Assembly (NCBI GenBank): GCA_963847445.1
Contig: CAWJZV010000008.1
Coordinates: 1 to 64,000, forward strand
Reading direction: 5' to 3'
From: an uncultured delta proteobacterium
GTDB taxonomy: Bacteria > Desulfobacterota > Binatia > UBA9968
Length of the DNA: 64,000 nucleotides
The notes under the pieces were generated by a model. The model saw nothing but the letters and a program-made list of their open reading frames with translations, had not been told where the DNA came from and searched no databases. Both the position numbers and the translations under genes were made by a program. The number at the start of each line of letters is the position of its first letter. The stretch's first letter is position 1. This document shows, in pieces, positions 1-11,091 of this stretch.

Positions 1-82
1 CGCGGACTTTGATTTGGCTGAAGCCCGACACCGGCAACAGCAGGACAATCAGGAATACGATTCGAGGGATCATGGTATTCAT
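1..82 (-). CDS. N-terminus of a probable ABC substrate-binding protein, running off the window edge
   Basis: Manual translation from ATG at 82 gives MNTMIPRIVFLIVLLLPVSGFSQIKVR: signal-peptide-like, and QIKVR parallels QTKLR in the upstream SBP. Starts 2 nt after that gene's stop. Confidence 0.6.
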   Translation of the reverse strand, partial: MNTMIPRIVFLIVLLLPVSGFSQIKVR

Positions 83-84
83 GG

Positions 85-1041
85 CTATTTTTTTCGTTCG
101 CGCTCCACTTCGGCGAGCAGACTGGTATCGAGAAAAAGCTCGGCATTGAGCGGCTCTTTCAGCTTGCCTTCGTCGCGCAGGATTTCCAGGAACGACAGCA
201 CCGCAGCTTTGGTCAAATAGGGGTAATCAGGAAACATCTCGACCATGGATTGATAGCGTTTCGCCATCAAGCTGTCATCGCTTTGGCGATAGATTTCATG
301 CAGTAATTTTTTGCTGCGCTCCGGCTGGGTTTTGACGAACTGAATGACTTCAACCAAGCCGCGCACGAATCGCTTGACGTCGTCTCGATTGGTTTTTAGA
401 AAAGCCCGGGTGGTCACCACGGCATTGCCGGGGAACTCGACATCGCTGGGATCGGCCAGGATATGAAAACCATTTTTGACGGCCAACTCCTTCTCGCTGC
501 TGCTCAACGTTGCCGCTTCGATGGCCCCCGACAACATGCCGCCGATGCGCGCCGGGGTGTCGCCGATCTGGATCAGGGTGACATCTTTTTGCGGCTGTAA
601 TTTGAGCTTCTTGAGGCCGATACGCGCGCCGTAATCCGCGGTCGTACCGAAGCGGCTGATGCCGATCCGTTTGCCGATCAGATCGGCGCCGCGTTTGATC
701 GTCGGCAGCGCGACGAGAATCTGGTCGAGTCCGTTCAAGCCGGCGAGCATGACCACGTCGGCGCCGCCGACCCGCGCCAAGATTGCCGGCGGGCCGCCCA
801 TAAAACCGAACTGAACATCGCCGCTGATCAAGGCCGAGACCGATCTACCGCCGATATAAATGGGCTCGAGATTGAGGCCGTTTTTCTGAAAAATTCCGGC
901 GCGCACTCCCAGAGGCAGGACGACTTGCGATACCGCGAGGGAGCCATAGGACGCCCGCAGCTTGGTCTGCGCCGAGCAGTTTTCGCGGGCGAACAGCAGA
1001 AGACCGACGATTGCGGCGGCGCAAAATACCCAACGGAACAT
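85..1041 (-). CDS. ABC transporter substrate-binding protein, NMT1/THI5/SsuA-like
   Basis: Signal peptide; motifs GIFQKNGL, ALISGDVQF, DLIGKRIGISRFG, RFVRGLVE. Confidence 0.85.
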   Translation of the reverse strand: MFRWVFCAAAIVGLLLFARENCSAQTKLRASYGSLAVSQVVLPLGVRAGIFQKNGLNLEPIYIGGRSVSALISGDVQFGFMGGPPAILARVGGADVVMLAGLNGLDQILVALPTIKRGADLIGKRIGISRFGTTADYGARIGLKKLKLQPQKDVTLIQIGDTPARIGGMLSGAIEAATLSSSEKELAVKNGFHILADPSDVEFPGNAVVTTRAFLKTNRDDVKRFVRGLVEVIQFVKTQPERSKKLLHEIYRQSDDSLMAKRYQSMVEMFPDYPYLTKAAVLSFLEILRDEGKLKEPLNAELFLDTSLLAEVERERKK

Positions 1042-1067
1042 GGCGAGTTCCTCGGCGAGTTAATGGG

Positions 1068-2181
1068 TTAATGATGATTATAAAGCTTGGCGCAATTATC
1101 CCAGAGGATTTTTCGCTTCGACTGCTCGGAAATCGGCATCGACAAGAACTCCTCCAACGCGTGCGGCCAGCGGCAGTCGATATGCGGATAGTCGGTGGAG
1201 ATCACGATATTGTCGTCGCCCATATACTCGATGACGTTTTTCACCAGCGCCTCGTCGACGTCGACCGAGATATAGCATTGCTGTTTGAAATATTCGCTCG
1301 GTTTCTGGCGCAGCGGCACATCGGCCATCTTGCCCTGCATCTGCCAATATTCATCGATGCGATAGAGCAGCCATGGCAGCCAGGCGCAGTTGCCTTCGAG
1401 GAAAGCGACCTTCAATTTAGGGAACTTTTCCAAGACGCCGCCGGCACAAAACGCGCTCACGGCGAGTATTTGCTCGATCGGATTGCGCAACGGGTTTACC
1501 AAGAGCGCTTGATTGGGATGGCCCTCGAAGCGGTCTTGCGACACCTGGGGCTGCTGCGGCCGGGCCGGCGGATGAAAACAGATCGGGATATTCATCTCCT
1601 GCGCTTCCTGCCAAAGGGGATCGAAGTAACGATCGTGTATTTGCCGGCCATTGATCGGCTCCGGACAGAGCGACAAGCCGGCGGCGCCGTTCTGCACCGC
1701 TCGTTTGGCCTCTTTGATCGGCCAAATCGACATCGTGCAGCGTGATCAGCGCCGAGCCTTTCAATCGTTGCGAATCCGCCTTGCAGAAGTCCGCCATCCA
1801 GTCGTTCCACGCGCGACAAAGATCGTTGGCATACTCCGGCTCAAAGTGTTCATTGGCGTGCAGCGGCGAAGTGCGGAACAAGACAGCGATGTCGAGTCCT
1901 TCCTTGTCCATCGCCGCCAATTGCGAAACGTTATCATAGTCGCGCGCCAGCGAATCGGCGAAACGATCCGCCATGCGCGTTTCATGAAATTCGACGACGT
2001 TGCTGGGTTTACGAATCGGCTCGCCGTTACCCAAGAAATAGCGCGTCATGCCATGTTTGGTGCGGGGCTCGCCCACTGGAATCCGTTCGCCCCATTTGGG
2101 GTTCATGTACTTCTTGTACAGATCCGCCGGTTCGAACACGTGCATGTCGCTGTCGAAAGCTCGGAAGCCATTTTTAGCCAT
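1068..2181 (-). CDS. Amidohydrolase_2 family protein, frameshifted near 1725
   Basis: N-terminal DSDMH metal motif in ORF 1417..2181; FHP, FLEGN and ISTDYPH in ORF 1068..1733. Confidence 0.85.
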
Positions 2182-2404
2182 AACGTTGCTCCCTCGACGA
2201 TAGAGTTGGGATCAATCTGTTCGCTTCTATCTCAAAGTGACGGATGTAAGCAATCAAAACCTGAAGGACTACCAGGCGAATTTGCCTGCGTGTTTGATGG
2301 GTAAGAATCGACATGAATGCTTTTTATCGCCCGCAGCTTTAGCGCCCGTCTTTATTGAATGAGTCAGTGTTCTATGTCGCCAAGCCGCTGCGCCAATCGT
2401 TTTG

Positions 2405-3108
2405 CTAAAACTTTTCCGACCATGGCCGCAATTCAATGTGCGAGGCCCATGAGCTGCGGTGCTGACGGTGCAGGTGGAGATAGGTCTGCGGCGATGGCGT
2501 CCGGATCGAGGCAACCGTCGGGGCCGCGGGCGGTGCGACGCTCGGGCTGCTTCGGGTTATCAATGCCGCCATCGATCACCACTTGGGCGACGTGAATATT
2601 TTTCGGCTGCAGCTCACGCGCCATGCTTTGCACCAGCCCGGTCAAACCCATCTTGCCCATGGCGAACGCCGGGGAGTTGGCGTAGCCTTTGACGCTCGCC
2701 GATGCTCCGGTAAACAGCAGTCGTGCCGTTACCGGCTTTGACCATTCGTTTGGCAGCCTCCTGGCCGACAAGAAAGCCGCCGTAACAGGTGATCAAGATC
2801 GTTTGGCGCACCTCTTCGGGGTCGAGGTCGGTGACCGGACCGCGCACCCGACCGCTGGCGTTGTAGACCACCAGATTGGGCTCGCCGAGATCTTGACTCA
2901 CCGACTGGTAGAGCTTTTTCACGTCCGTTGGACTGGTGGCATCGCAGGCGTAGGCGCGGCCGTCGATTTCTTTGACTAAGCCGTCGAGTTTCTTGACGTC
3001 GCGCGCGGCCAGCGCCACCTTCATCCCTTCTTTGTTAAACAGCCTTGCCAGCGATGCGCTCAATCCCGGCCCGCTGCCGACAATCAATGCGATTTCTGGT
3101 TGTGCCAT
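2405..3108 (-). CDS. Short-chain dehydrogenase/reductase, frameshifted near 2720 and 2490
   Basis: GSGPGLS Rossmann motif, YNAS, FTGASAS, FAMGK; C-terminus QTYLHLHRQHRSSWASHIELRPWSEKF* read manually, stop at 2405. Confidence 0.85.
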
Positions 3109-3392
3109 GGCGATCCTCCAACGGCCGGATATCAAGATGCGCTCAGGCTGTCAATCAAGAAAATGAAGTTTACTGGGGAGACATTAGAATCGAATCTTGC
3201 TCTATGGGATGAGATTTCGGCGGTATCGTCAATCGTAATTTAGAAGCCCTTCTGCTACCAAACAATTAGGCTGAGACCTTTTCCGAATGCGTACGACGTC
3301 TTTAATATGCTCTGGTTCAAGGCTGCAACAATTCGTTTAAGCACGGCGACGGAATGATCTTAGCGCAGCCTTCTGGTGATCCGGTCAATTGT

Positions 3393-3683
3393 TTAAGCAG
3401 CCTTCCTAGGCACCAGCGCAACCACGACTTGGGCGTCGAGGACCTGTGCGATGCGGCGTAACAGCGGCAATGAATGACTCTTATAGCCAGCCTGCTCGAC
3501 CGCGGAGATTGCCTGCTGGCTGCAGCCGACCTTTTTCGCTAAATCTTTTTGACTCCAACCCTTGCTCTCTCGTAAACGGCGAATTTGGAAAGCTACCTCA
3601 GCGTCCCCACGTTTTTTATCGAATGCGGCGGCGAAGGTTCGACTGGTGCGCAACCGGTTCAACTGCTTTTGAAAATCATCCAT
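3393..3683 (-). CDS. XRE-family HTH antitoxin, HigA-like
   Basis: IRRLRESKGWSQKDLAKKVGCSQQAISAVE is an HTH_3 pattern; ATG at 3683 lies 5 nt after the toxin stop. Confidence 0.85.
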   Translation of the reverse strand: MDDFQKQLNRLRTSRTFAAAFDKKRGDAEVAFQIRRLRESKGWSQKDLAKKVGCSQQAISAVEQAGYKSHSLPLLRRIAQVLDAQVVVALVPRKAA

Positions 3684-3688
3684 GTCCC

Positions 3689-4027
3689 TTACCTCCCAAG
3701 AAATTGTCTCATGCGACGTGTGGCGATGCGAATTTCTGAATCGGGAACTTCCCGAGTCTTTTTCACAAAAGCGTGGAGCAAAACAAAATTTCTCTCCATA
3801 CTGAGAAAATATAGAATGCGGAGTTGACGGCGGGTCCTTATGCGCAGCTCCCAAAGCCCTTTCCCCAGTGGTGCAACCCAGGGTCGGCCCAACGAGACTC
3901 CGTGCGATCGCAGCATATCGATCCCGACCATGGTGTCTGCCTTTTCGTCTGTGGAAAGTGCATCGATAAACGACTCGACCGGGGATCTCCCGCTATCCTC
4001 GCGGAAGTAATTGATGCGCCAATCCAC
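3689..4027 (-). CDS. Type II toxin, RelE/HigB (Gp49-like)
   Basis: SPVESFIDAL, LGKGLWELRI, RILYF and LLHAFVKKT are Gp49/HigB signatures; toxin-first gene order. Confidence 0.85.
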   Translation of the reverse strand: MDWRINYFREDSGRSPVESFIDALSTDEKADTMVGIDMLRSHGVSLGRPWVAPLGKGLWELRIRTRRQLRILYFLSMERNFVLLHAFVKKTREVPDSEIRIATRRMRQFLGR

Positions 4028-4210
4028 TCGCTCATGGTACTAGATATATCTTGTAACGGCAATCTTGGAAAAGTGCGGGGGCAATTAGGAACTGCGCACA
4101 TCCCGAGAGCCCAGGGACCGATAATATCTGTTTGGATATTATTACCGACGTTTCACTAATAACTTCGAACAGTCTTGCTGTAAGTCGTGAGCAGTCATAA
4201 ACTTCCAGCA

Positions 4211-4594
4211 ATGTCATCAAAGAAGACCCGAGCGGATAACGACGAGCTGGAACATATTCTCGCCGAGGCGCGGCAGATGCGGGTGCGGCGGGGCAATCTT
4301 TATCGCGATCAAGCGCTCAAGATATTGCCGTGGATATGCGCCTGGTGCGGCCGGGAATTTACCAGCAAGAAACTGCACGAGCTGACGGTGCACCACAAAG
4401 ACCGCAACCATAATAATAATCCGCCCGACGGCAGCAACTGGGAACTCTTGTGCATGTACTGCCACGACAGCGAGCACTCACGCTCCTTGGATCGGGACGC
4501 GAGTAGCGACACCGTGGTGCATGACGAAGCAGATCCTCCGGCGACCTACAATCCTTTCGCCGATCTGAAAAATCTGTTGAAGAACAAGAAGTAA
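4211..4594 (+). CDS. yajD: YajD-family HNH nuclease
   Basis: YRDQALKILPWICAWCGREF, LTVHHKDRNHNNNPPDGSNWELLCMYCHD. Confidence 0.8.
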   Translation: MSSKKTRADNDELEHILAEARQMRVRRGNLYRDQALKILPWICAWCGREFTSKKLHELTVHHKDRNHNNNPPDGSNWELLCMYCHDSEHSRSLDRDASSDTVVHDEADPPATYNPFADLKNLLKNKK

Positions 4595-4867
4595 ACACCG
4601 GCAGCGGGTGCCGGACTGGTCGTCGTCGTTGCGTCGAATAAGTGAGCTATTAAATAACCTGTCGCTGATTTCACCATAGTCGATCAACGATTTGTTCCGT
4701 TCGTTGCCGCAGAGCGGGATTGTCTGGGAATGAAAATCGGCGTCTTGTCTTGACTATAAGCGGACCCCCTATCGCATTGGGTGGTTGCTTCTCACTAAAC
4801 TCTTATAGTGAATTTCCCTATCTCGACTGAACAGCGGTCGAAGCCGTCAATTACAGCTTCATTTTTG

Positions 4868-6704
4868 TCACACCGTGCCTGCGTCAAGAAGAATGATCTC
4901 GCCCAGATCGGCGATGGTAGCGACCGTGAAAAACGCAGCAATGCCAATTTTCCAGCCAAACCTTTGTTGTAACCGAGAAATTATTTGTGTCGCCTTGAGA
5001 GAATCTCCGCCGAGCGACAGAAACTGTTCGTTGACGCCGATCGGTGCGATCTCTAGGACTTCCTGCCAGATTTCGCAGAGCGCCGCCTCGATACCGTTGC
5101 GCGGCGCATCGTAAGATCGATCCGCGTCGCGATGACCGCGCGCGATCCGCGGCAGTGCTCGGCGATCGATCTTATTATTGATTTGCGGAAACTCAGTCAT
5201 GAAGACGAACTGCGCCGGCACCATGAAATCCGGCAGGCGGCTCTGGAGAAAGGTCGTGAGTTCACTCGACAGTCGGCCGACTCTCATCACTGGGCACGAC
5301 GTAGGCGGCTAGATAATTGCCGCCATCGGTTTCAGCAAAAGAGGTCACGGCAACTTGTTTGACGCCGGGGTGTTGCATCAAGGCGGCTTCAATTTCGACG
5401 AGACCGACGCGGTATCCGCGAATCTTGACGATATCGTCCTTGCGTCCCAGGTGGACGAGCGTGCCGTCCGGCAAGAGGCGGCCAAGATCGCCGGTGAAGT
5501 AAAGGCGTTCTGCCGCGCAGTCGGGAGACGGGGAAAACTTGGCCTGGGTCAGATGCGGATTGTTCCAATAGCCCAGGGCGACGTAACGGCTCTGTACGAC
5601 GATCTCTCCCGGTGTTCCGTCTGTCACGGCGTCGCCATGTTCGTCGCGCAGCGTGATGGTCAGGTCGGAGGGTGGATGGCCGACGGGGACGAGATCTCCC
5701 TGGATCTTCGTATCCGGGTCGATGCGGAAGTGCGCGGCAAAGGGTGCTTCGGTTGCGCCGAGCGAGTTCACCAAGACGCATGCTGGTGAGAACAGTCTTC
5801 TGCAGATATCGATATCGGTCTGGTAAACCGGTTCTCCCGACAGGGTTACTTCGCGCAGCGCCGGCAACGGCTCAGTGTCAGTGGCGATCCCGGCGATGGT
5901 GCGAATCAGCGTCGGGCCGAAAGAGCACATCGATATTTGATTGGTCCGCAGCCAATCCAACAGGTTGAGTATGCCGTGTTGTTTCAGATTCAAGGGGAAC
6001 AGAGCAGCGCCGTTGAGTAGAGTGCCGAGGGTGTGTGTGCTGCCTCCGATCACCGTCAGTGTTCTCAATAGCGCGATACGGTCGTGTTGGGTGACGCGAT
6101 GGAGATTCGTATAACGCATGGTGAGATGAAGGAGCGTGCGGTGACTGTGCATGACGCCTTTGGGTTGTGCGGTCGAACCCGAGGTGTAGAGCAGCGCTGC
6201 CAGGCGGTCCGGAGTGATTGTCGTCGGAAATTCTCCAGGCAAGGCGCGATTCGGCAAACTGTCTAGATTTAGAATCGGCAAGGCCGTATTCGCTATCAGC
6301 TCACGCGCCAGGGTGAGGGTCTGGGTGTCGGTTAGCAGCAGGCGAGCGCGCGAATCCTCGATTAGATATCGCAGCCGCGGCAAAGCCAGCGAGACGTCGA
6401 GCGGGAGATAAATTTTACCCGCCTTGAGTATGCCAAAAATGGCCGCGACGGCTTCGCTGGTATCGTTTAGCAGGATCGCGATGGGTTCCGATCCATCACC
6501 GAGCTGGTCTAGGAGCGCGTCGGCGATGCGATTGGCAGCAGTCTTCAGGGAGGCGTAGGTGTAAGACCTTTCTTGAGTCTGGATCGCGATGCGCTGTCCC
6601 AACCCTTGTGTGCGCCGCTCGAACACCTCAGGAATGGAACTCTCGACTTCACTCTGGGTGAAGGGCTGGTAATATTCATCGTTAGGCGGTGCGACGAAAT
6701 TCAT
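4868..6704 (-). CDS. Stand-alone NRPS-like adenylation plus carrier (A-PCP) protein, frameshifted near 5280
   Basis: YTSGSTAQPKG (A3), NSLGATE (A5), YFTGDL (A7), GRKDDIVKIRGYRV (A8), NKIDRRAL (A10); carrier motif FLSLGGDSL; AGGAG RBS. Confidence 0.85.
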
Positions 6705-7331
6705 TAAATTCTGCTCCTGGCAACCGGGGACGGAGAGGCTTAGGTCTGTCTTGCTAAGTATATCATACCCTTCGATAAGGGGGGCGCTGACCGGGGACAG
6801 ATGCGGGACTCGGGACCGATGGTCGGCAAAACTCTAGGCAATAATATTCGACAGAGTAAGACTCGCTGCTCAGACGACACCCAATACCAAGTTTGGCAAC
6901 TGAGGCAGAAACGATCTCGATGCCAATGTTTTGCCAAATCCTTCCACCGGGTAAAATACCATAAATTCCGCTGGCTGAGGCGAGTGTCGTCTGATGTGCC
7001 CATCGCACTTCCCGAAAATATTTGCGCGATCTCGCGCAAACGGCGTTTAAGAAGTCTGGGATGCAGAAGTAAGAGCAAATTTGCCGGCGTGGCGGATGTT
7101 ATAAACTCACCTAATTCAATGGACTCATGGGGCGCTACCCGGGATGAATTGTTTAGATGTGCTGACCCTGATTACCGGGGCGATTGAGATGGACGCTCCC
7201 CGGATTGTCATCCAAACAGATTTGTCCATCGATAAATAGATCGCTGCCCGAGCGGCGATTCATTCTACGCAGCAGTTGCGCAGTGAGCGTCGTCGGCATT
7301 TGCTTTCAGGTTTGCCAAATCAATTGCCTTG

Positions 7332-8399
7332 TTAGGCAGAGCCGCTACGCTTAGATTGACCCTTTGCCCAGAGATCAAGCAACAAGGCACGATGCTCAAA
7401 CGCATCGGACTTCTTCGCTTGGGCAAAGCCGAGCTGACGCAATTCCTCAGGAAAAGGTTGGGAAATAATTTTCAGCGCTTCGTCCAACGTGTTGTAGAGA
7501 AACCCGGCCGCGCCGACATAGTCACGCAGATCGCCCCGGATATTCGCCATACACACCCCAACGCCAGATGCTTGCGCTTCGGCAAGGGACAGGGGCCACC
7601 CGACATTGCCTTGCGGAGCGGCGGTATAGACCAGCCAGCGATGCTGTTTGTAGGCTGCGGGCATCTCTTCGAGCTCTAATGGCAGGTTGAAATGGACCGG
7701 GCTATTGCGGGTTTTGGCAAGTTCGCGCAACTCTTCGACTCTATAACCCAGTGCGTAAAGATTGAAACGCATCTTCGGCGCCGCCATGGCAAGATCGAGA
7801 AAGTCCTCCATTCTTTTCTTGGGGATGCAGGCGCCGACATTCATGATTTCATCGCCGTTCGGGCCTTCGTTATGGAACAGTCGGTAATTGACCACAGGAT
7901 AACAGTCGAAGAGCTTGTCCGGACAAATGCCTGCGCGCTCGAGCCGGGAGCGCGCGAAGGGAAAATTCAAAATTCCGAGACAAAGTTCGCCGTTAATCAA
8001 ATCGACCGCGCGCCGAATATGCGACGGGTTGCGAAAAGCGCCAAAAAAGGGCACGCGTTGCACCACCGAGTAGGGCTCCGGCCAAATCGAGTCGAAGGAA
8101 TGGGCCCGCACCGTGAACGGCACCCCGGTCAGGCGCGACAATTTGCCGAGAATTTTAACCGAATGTAGCCAGTGACTGTGCAAGACATCGGGTCGGAACT
8201 CTTCAATCACTTCTCGAATCGCAGCCAGATCGGTCAATTGCTCGTAAGGCGCATGATTTTTTGCCGGCAAATTTGCCGCTTTGGTCGAGACAATCCTGAT
8301 ATCGCAGGATTCCTTTACCGCTTCGATCTCGGTCTTGATATAAGTCTCCGACATCTGCGGGAAATTTTTTAGCACGTAAAGCACCCGGCAAGGTTTCAT
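7332..8399 (-). CDS. Glycosyltransferase, GT-B/GT4-like
   Basis: FPQMSETYI, LHSHW, VRAHSFD, VGACIPKKR, LAEAQASG; likely start MKPCRV at 8399. Confidence 0.75.
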   Translation of the reverse strand: MKPCRVLYVLKNFPQMSETYIKTEIEAVKESCDIRIVSTKAANLPAKNHAPYEQLTDLAAIREVIEEFRPDVLHSHWLHSVKILGKLSRLTGVPFTVRAHSFDSIWPEPYSVVQRVPFFGAFRNPSHIRRAVDLINGELCLGILNFPFARSRLERAGICPDKLFDCYPVVNYRLFHNEGPNGDEIMNVGACIPKKRMEDFLDLAMAAPKMRFNLYALGYRVEELRELAKTRNSPVHFNLPLELEEMPAAYKQHRWLVYTAAPQGNVGWPLSLAEAQASGVGVCMANIRGDLRDYVGAAGFLYNTLDEALKIISQPFPEELRQLGFAQAKKSDAFEHRALLLDLWAKGQSKRSGSA

Positions 8400-8421
8400 G
8401 GCAATGCGGTGCAAGCGCGAG

Positions 8422-9330
8422 TTAAACGTCAGGTCGACTGCGGATTTTGTCATTGGCCATGGCGCGATAGTGATAGATGCGGCCTTTAGCACGATATTTC
8501 TTTCGTTCGTTGTGCGCCACAGAGTAGACGCCGAATTCGAGCAGCGAACGCAGCAGATTGCCGGCAATACTCAACGCGCTGGATTGCTTGTAAATAAGCC
8601 GGCTGCGCCCCTGCATTTCGTGGCGCTGGCGAAAATAACTTTCAGTGAGCCGGTCCCAATCGACTTGATGATAGACAATCGAGCTCGGCGCGTAACCGAT
8701 ACGACCGCCGACGCGCATCACTCTTTCGCCAAACTCGACGTCCATTGAAGTGCCCGATCGACCCGGGCCGATCCGTTCGTCGAAAAGCCCGCAGCGTTGC
8801 AAGAACTCGCGCCGCAGCGCCATATTAGCTCCATTGAGGCTGCGGATCTCCCGCACCTCGGAACCTGGTTTTTGATAATAACAAATCGTCCGATAACGAT
8901 CGAGTAAGCTGTGCAGGTTCGCGTCCCCGCTAAACTCCGGTGGGACCAGTATCGATCCCTGTTTGACTTCGTAGGCGTGTTGCGCGAAGAACTCCGCGGT
9001 AACTCGAAGCCAGGACTTTTCCACAGTAACGTCGTCGTCGATAAACCCGAGTATCTCGCCCTGAGCAAGTGGAATGATCTTGTTCAATGCTCGAGATTTT
9101 CCCGGCAGAGGTTCGCGCACATGGCGCCACCGTCCGGGTTCGCGCGCGCCGTACTGCCCGACAAGGTTCTCGACCATTTGGGCCGTAAGTTCAAGCGGCG
9201 CATTATTGGCGACGATGATTTCGTGCGGGATACGGTCGCGCGCGTCCATTTGCGCTAAGCTCGACAAGAGCTCGCGCAACTCCCGCATACGGCCCTGGGT
9301 GGGAATCAGGATGCTGACTTGCGGCGTCAT
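8422..9330 (-). CDS. Glycosyltransferase family 2
   Basis: VSILIPT, GKSRALN, FIDDD (DxD), GANMALRR, FDERIG. Confidence 0.9.
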   Translation of the reverse strand: MTPQVSILIPTQGRMRELRELLSSLAQMDARDRIPHEIIVANNAPLELTAQMVENLVGQYGAREPGRWRHVREPLPGKSRALNKIIPLAQGEILGFIDDDVTVEKSWLRVTAEFFAQHAYEVKQGSILVPPEFSGDANLHSLLDRYRTICYYQKPGSEVREIRSLNGANMALRREFLQRCGLFDERIGPGRSGTSMDVEFGERVMRVGGRIGYAPSSIVYHQVDWDRLTESYFRQRHEMQGRSRLIYKQSSALSIAGNLLRSLLEFGVYSVAHNERKKYRAKGRIYHYRAMANDKIRSRPDV

Positions 9331-9336
9331 GGTGAC

Positions 9337-10530
9337 TCAGGGCATTTTCTGAGTCGCCGATAGAGCCGGCACGACCGCGGACGTAGCGTGGGCGGTTTGC
9401 GACGAAGGCTTGACGAAGTCGAAAAGGAGCGATTCAACTTGGTCGAGATAAGCATCCCAGCTGTACCTCTCCGCCACGGCGCGCGCCTGGCGCGACAGCG
9501 ACGGCCAGCGCAACGGATTCGACAGGCGCAAGATTTTTGCGCGAATTTCCGCGATGTCATCCGGGTTATCAAGAATTCCTTCGCGCAATTTTTCGCCGGC
9601 TTTGTCGAGCGCTCCGACCCCAGCTACGGTCAACACCGGCAATCCGGAGGCTAAAGCTTCCAATACGACGTTGCCGAAAGCTTCTTGCACCGAGGGCAAG
9701 ATGAGGAGATCCGCGGCGGCGTAGAATTCTTCCACATTCGGCCTTGCGCCGGCAAAAATGACTTGCTTATTGTTGCGCCAAGCTTTGCGATAGGAGGCCA
9801 AGTGGGCGTCGTTGCCAACTACCAACAAGTAGCAATGCGGCGGCGCATCATGGCGCCACAAACGCAGCAAACGATCCAGACCCTTGCGCCGAAAACCAGT
9901 ACCGACGAACAGCATGATCCGGCCTTCGACTGGAATGTTGAACTCCTCGCGAATCTGGTTTGCGCAAAGCTGCCGGCGCGATGGATGGAATCGGTTATGA
10001 TCAACGCCATTATGAATAACCTCGACCCGTGACTCGGCCATGCCGTACGCTTCGATCATCTCGCGCCGTGTCTGGTCACATACGGCAATGACTTTCCAAC
10101 TTCCCGAAGGGCTGAGTTGACGTCTTTCGATCGCCAAGGCGATTCGGTGATAGGGGCTGAGCTTGTACCATAGCGATTTTAGCAAGCCGCCATGGGCCTG
10201 CATTTTGTCGATAAAGGTTTTGTGCGCGCCGCCGCCGCTGCGGAACAGATCTTGCCTGACGAGACGGTCGAAACTCATAGTGACATCGCAGTTGAAGCGC
10301 GCGATCCATTGGGGCGCCAGCAGTCCAAACGTCAGTAGCCGCGCGGTTCTCGGCCAGGAAATTCCCGGCACCCGATGGATGGAAATTCCTTGCGGCACCG
10401 GCATGCGGAATTCTTGGCAGAAAAGATGTACCTCGTGACCGCGATCGCGTAGTCCTATCGCCGTCTGAAAAAACACCCGCTCGGTGCCACCGCGAAGATC
10501 CAATCTTTTATGAGCCAAGGCAATTTTCAT
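9337..10530 (-). CDS. Glycosyltransferase family 4, WaaG/RfaG-like
   Basis: MKIALAH, GGTER, IHNGVD, FVGTGFRRKG, EAFGNVVLEALASGLP. Confidence 0.9.
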   Translation of the reverse strand: MKIALAHKRLDLRGGTERVFFQTAIGLRDRGHEVHLFCQEFRMPVPQGISIHRVPGISWPRTARLLTFGLLAPQWIARFNCDVTMSFDRLVRQDLFRSGGGAHKTFIDKMQAHGGLLKSLWYKLSPYHRIALAIERRQLSPSGSWKVIAVCDQTRREMIEAYGMAESRVEVIHNGVDHNRFHPSRRQLCANQIREEFNIPVEGRIMLFVGTGFRRKGLDRLLRLWRHDAPPHCYLLVVGNDAHLASYRKAWRNNKQVIFAGARPNVEEFYAAADLLILPSVQEAFGNVVLEALASGLPVLTVAGVGALDKAGEKLREGILDNPDDIAEIRAKILRLSNPLRWPSLSRQARAVAERYSWDAYLDQVESLLFDFVKPSSQTAHATSAVVPALSATQKMP

Positions 10531-10686
10531 GGCCGTTCCGAAAAAACCGGCATGGCAATCTTTTGAATGCGCAAAACCTTGAGAGTTGTTATAGCGCGCA
10601 AATCGGCCATTTTCCATACTGCGAAGCCACGACGATGCACCACGCCTATCAGTGAAGCGGCCAACTTTACAATACAGTCGAATCAG

Positions 10687-11076
10687 CTAATCGGCAGACT
10701 TATCAGGCGGATATGGCTGGTCACCAGCGGCTTTCTGTGCCGGAGGCAGGGCGTTTCCCGACACACCGAAGTCAGCCTCGCCGGAAGAATTGTGAATAAC
10801 CGCCCCGTCGCCGGGATCAGGGCCGCGCTCTGCACCGGAACTACGCCCCATTCGACCCAAGGCATTAGGACGGCTGGAGTCGCCGTTACTGGCAAAAATG
10901 ATGAACGCGGCAATCAGGCCGGCTAGGCCGATGAGCGAGTAGACAATCCGGCTGATCGTGGAAGAGGGGCCGTCCATCAATGCCGCCAGCCCATCGATCT
11001 GTAGCAGTCCTACCAGACCCAAATTGATGGCACCGAGGATTATCAGGATGAAAGCAATTACGCGAATTGTTTTCAC
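10687..11076 (-). CDS. DUF378 family small membrane protein with low-complexity tail
   Basis: IILGAINLGLVGL and SRIVYSLIGLAGL match the DUF378 pattern; probable GTG start at 11076. Confidence 0.75.
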   Translation of the reverse strand: MKTIRVIAFILIILGAINLGLVGLLQIDGLAALMDGPSSTISRIVYSLIGLAGLIAAFIIFASNGDSSRPNALGRMGRSSGAERGPDPGDGAVIHNSSGEADFGVSGNALPPAQKAAGDQPYPPDKSAD

Positions 11077-11091
11077 AGTGGCAGTGGAATG

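Noticed and set aside
3170-3390. AT-rich segment considered as a gene remnant
   Set aside because: The frames examined are interrupted by stops and resemble no recognisable family.
6921-6937. Weak sigma54-like motif TGGCAAAACATTGGCA on the minus strand
   Set aside because: The -12 element deviates from TTGC and the site overlaps an inverted repeat.
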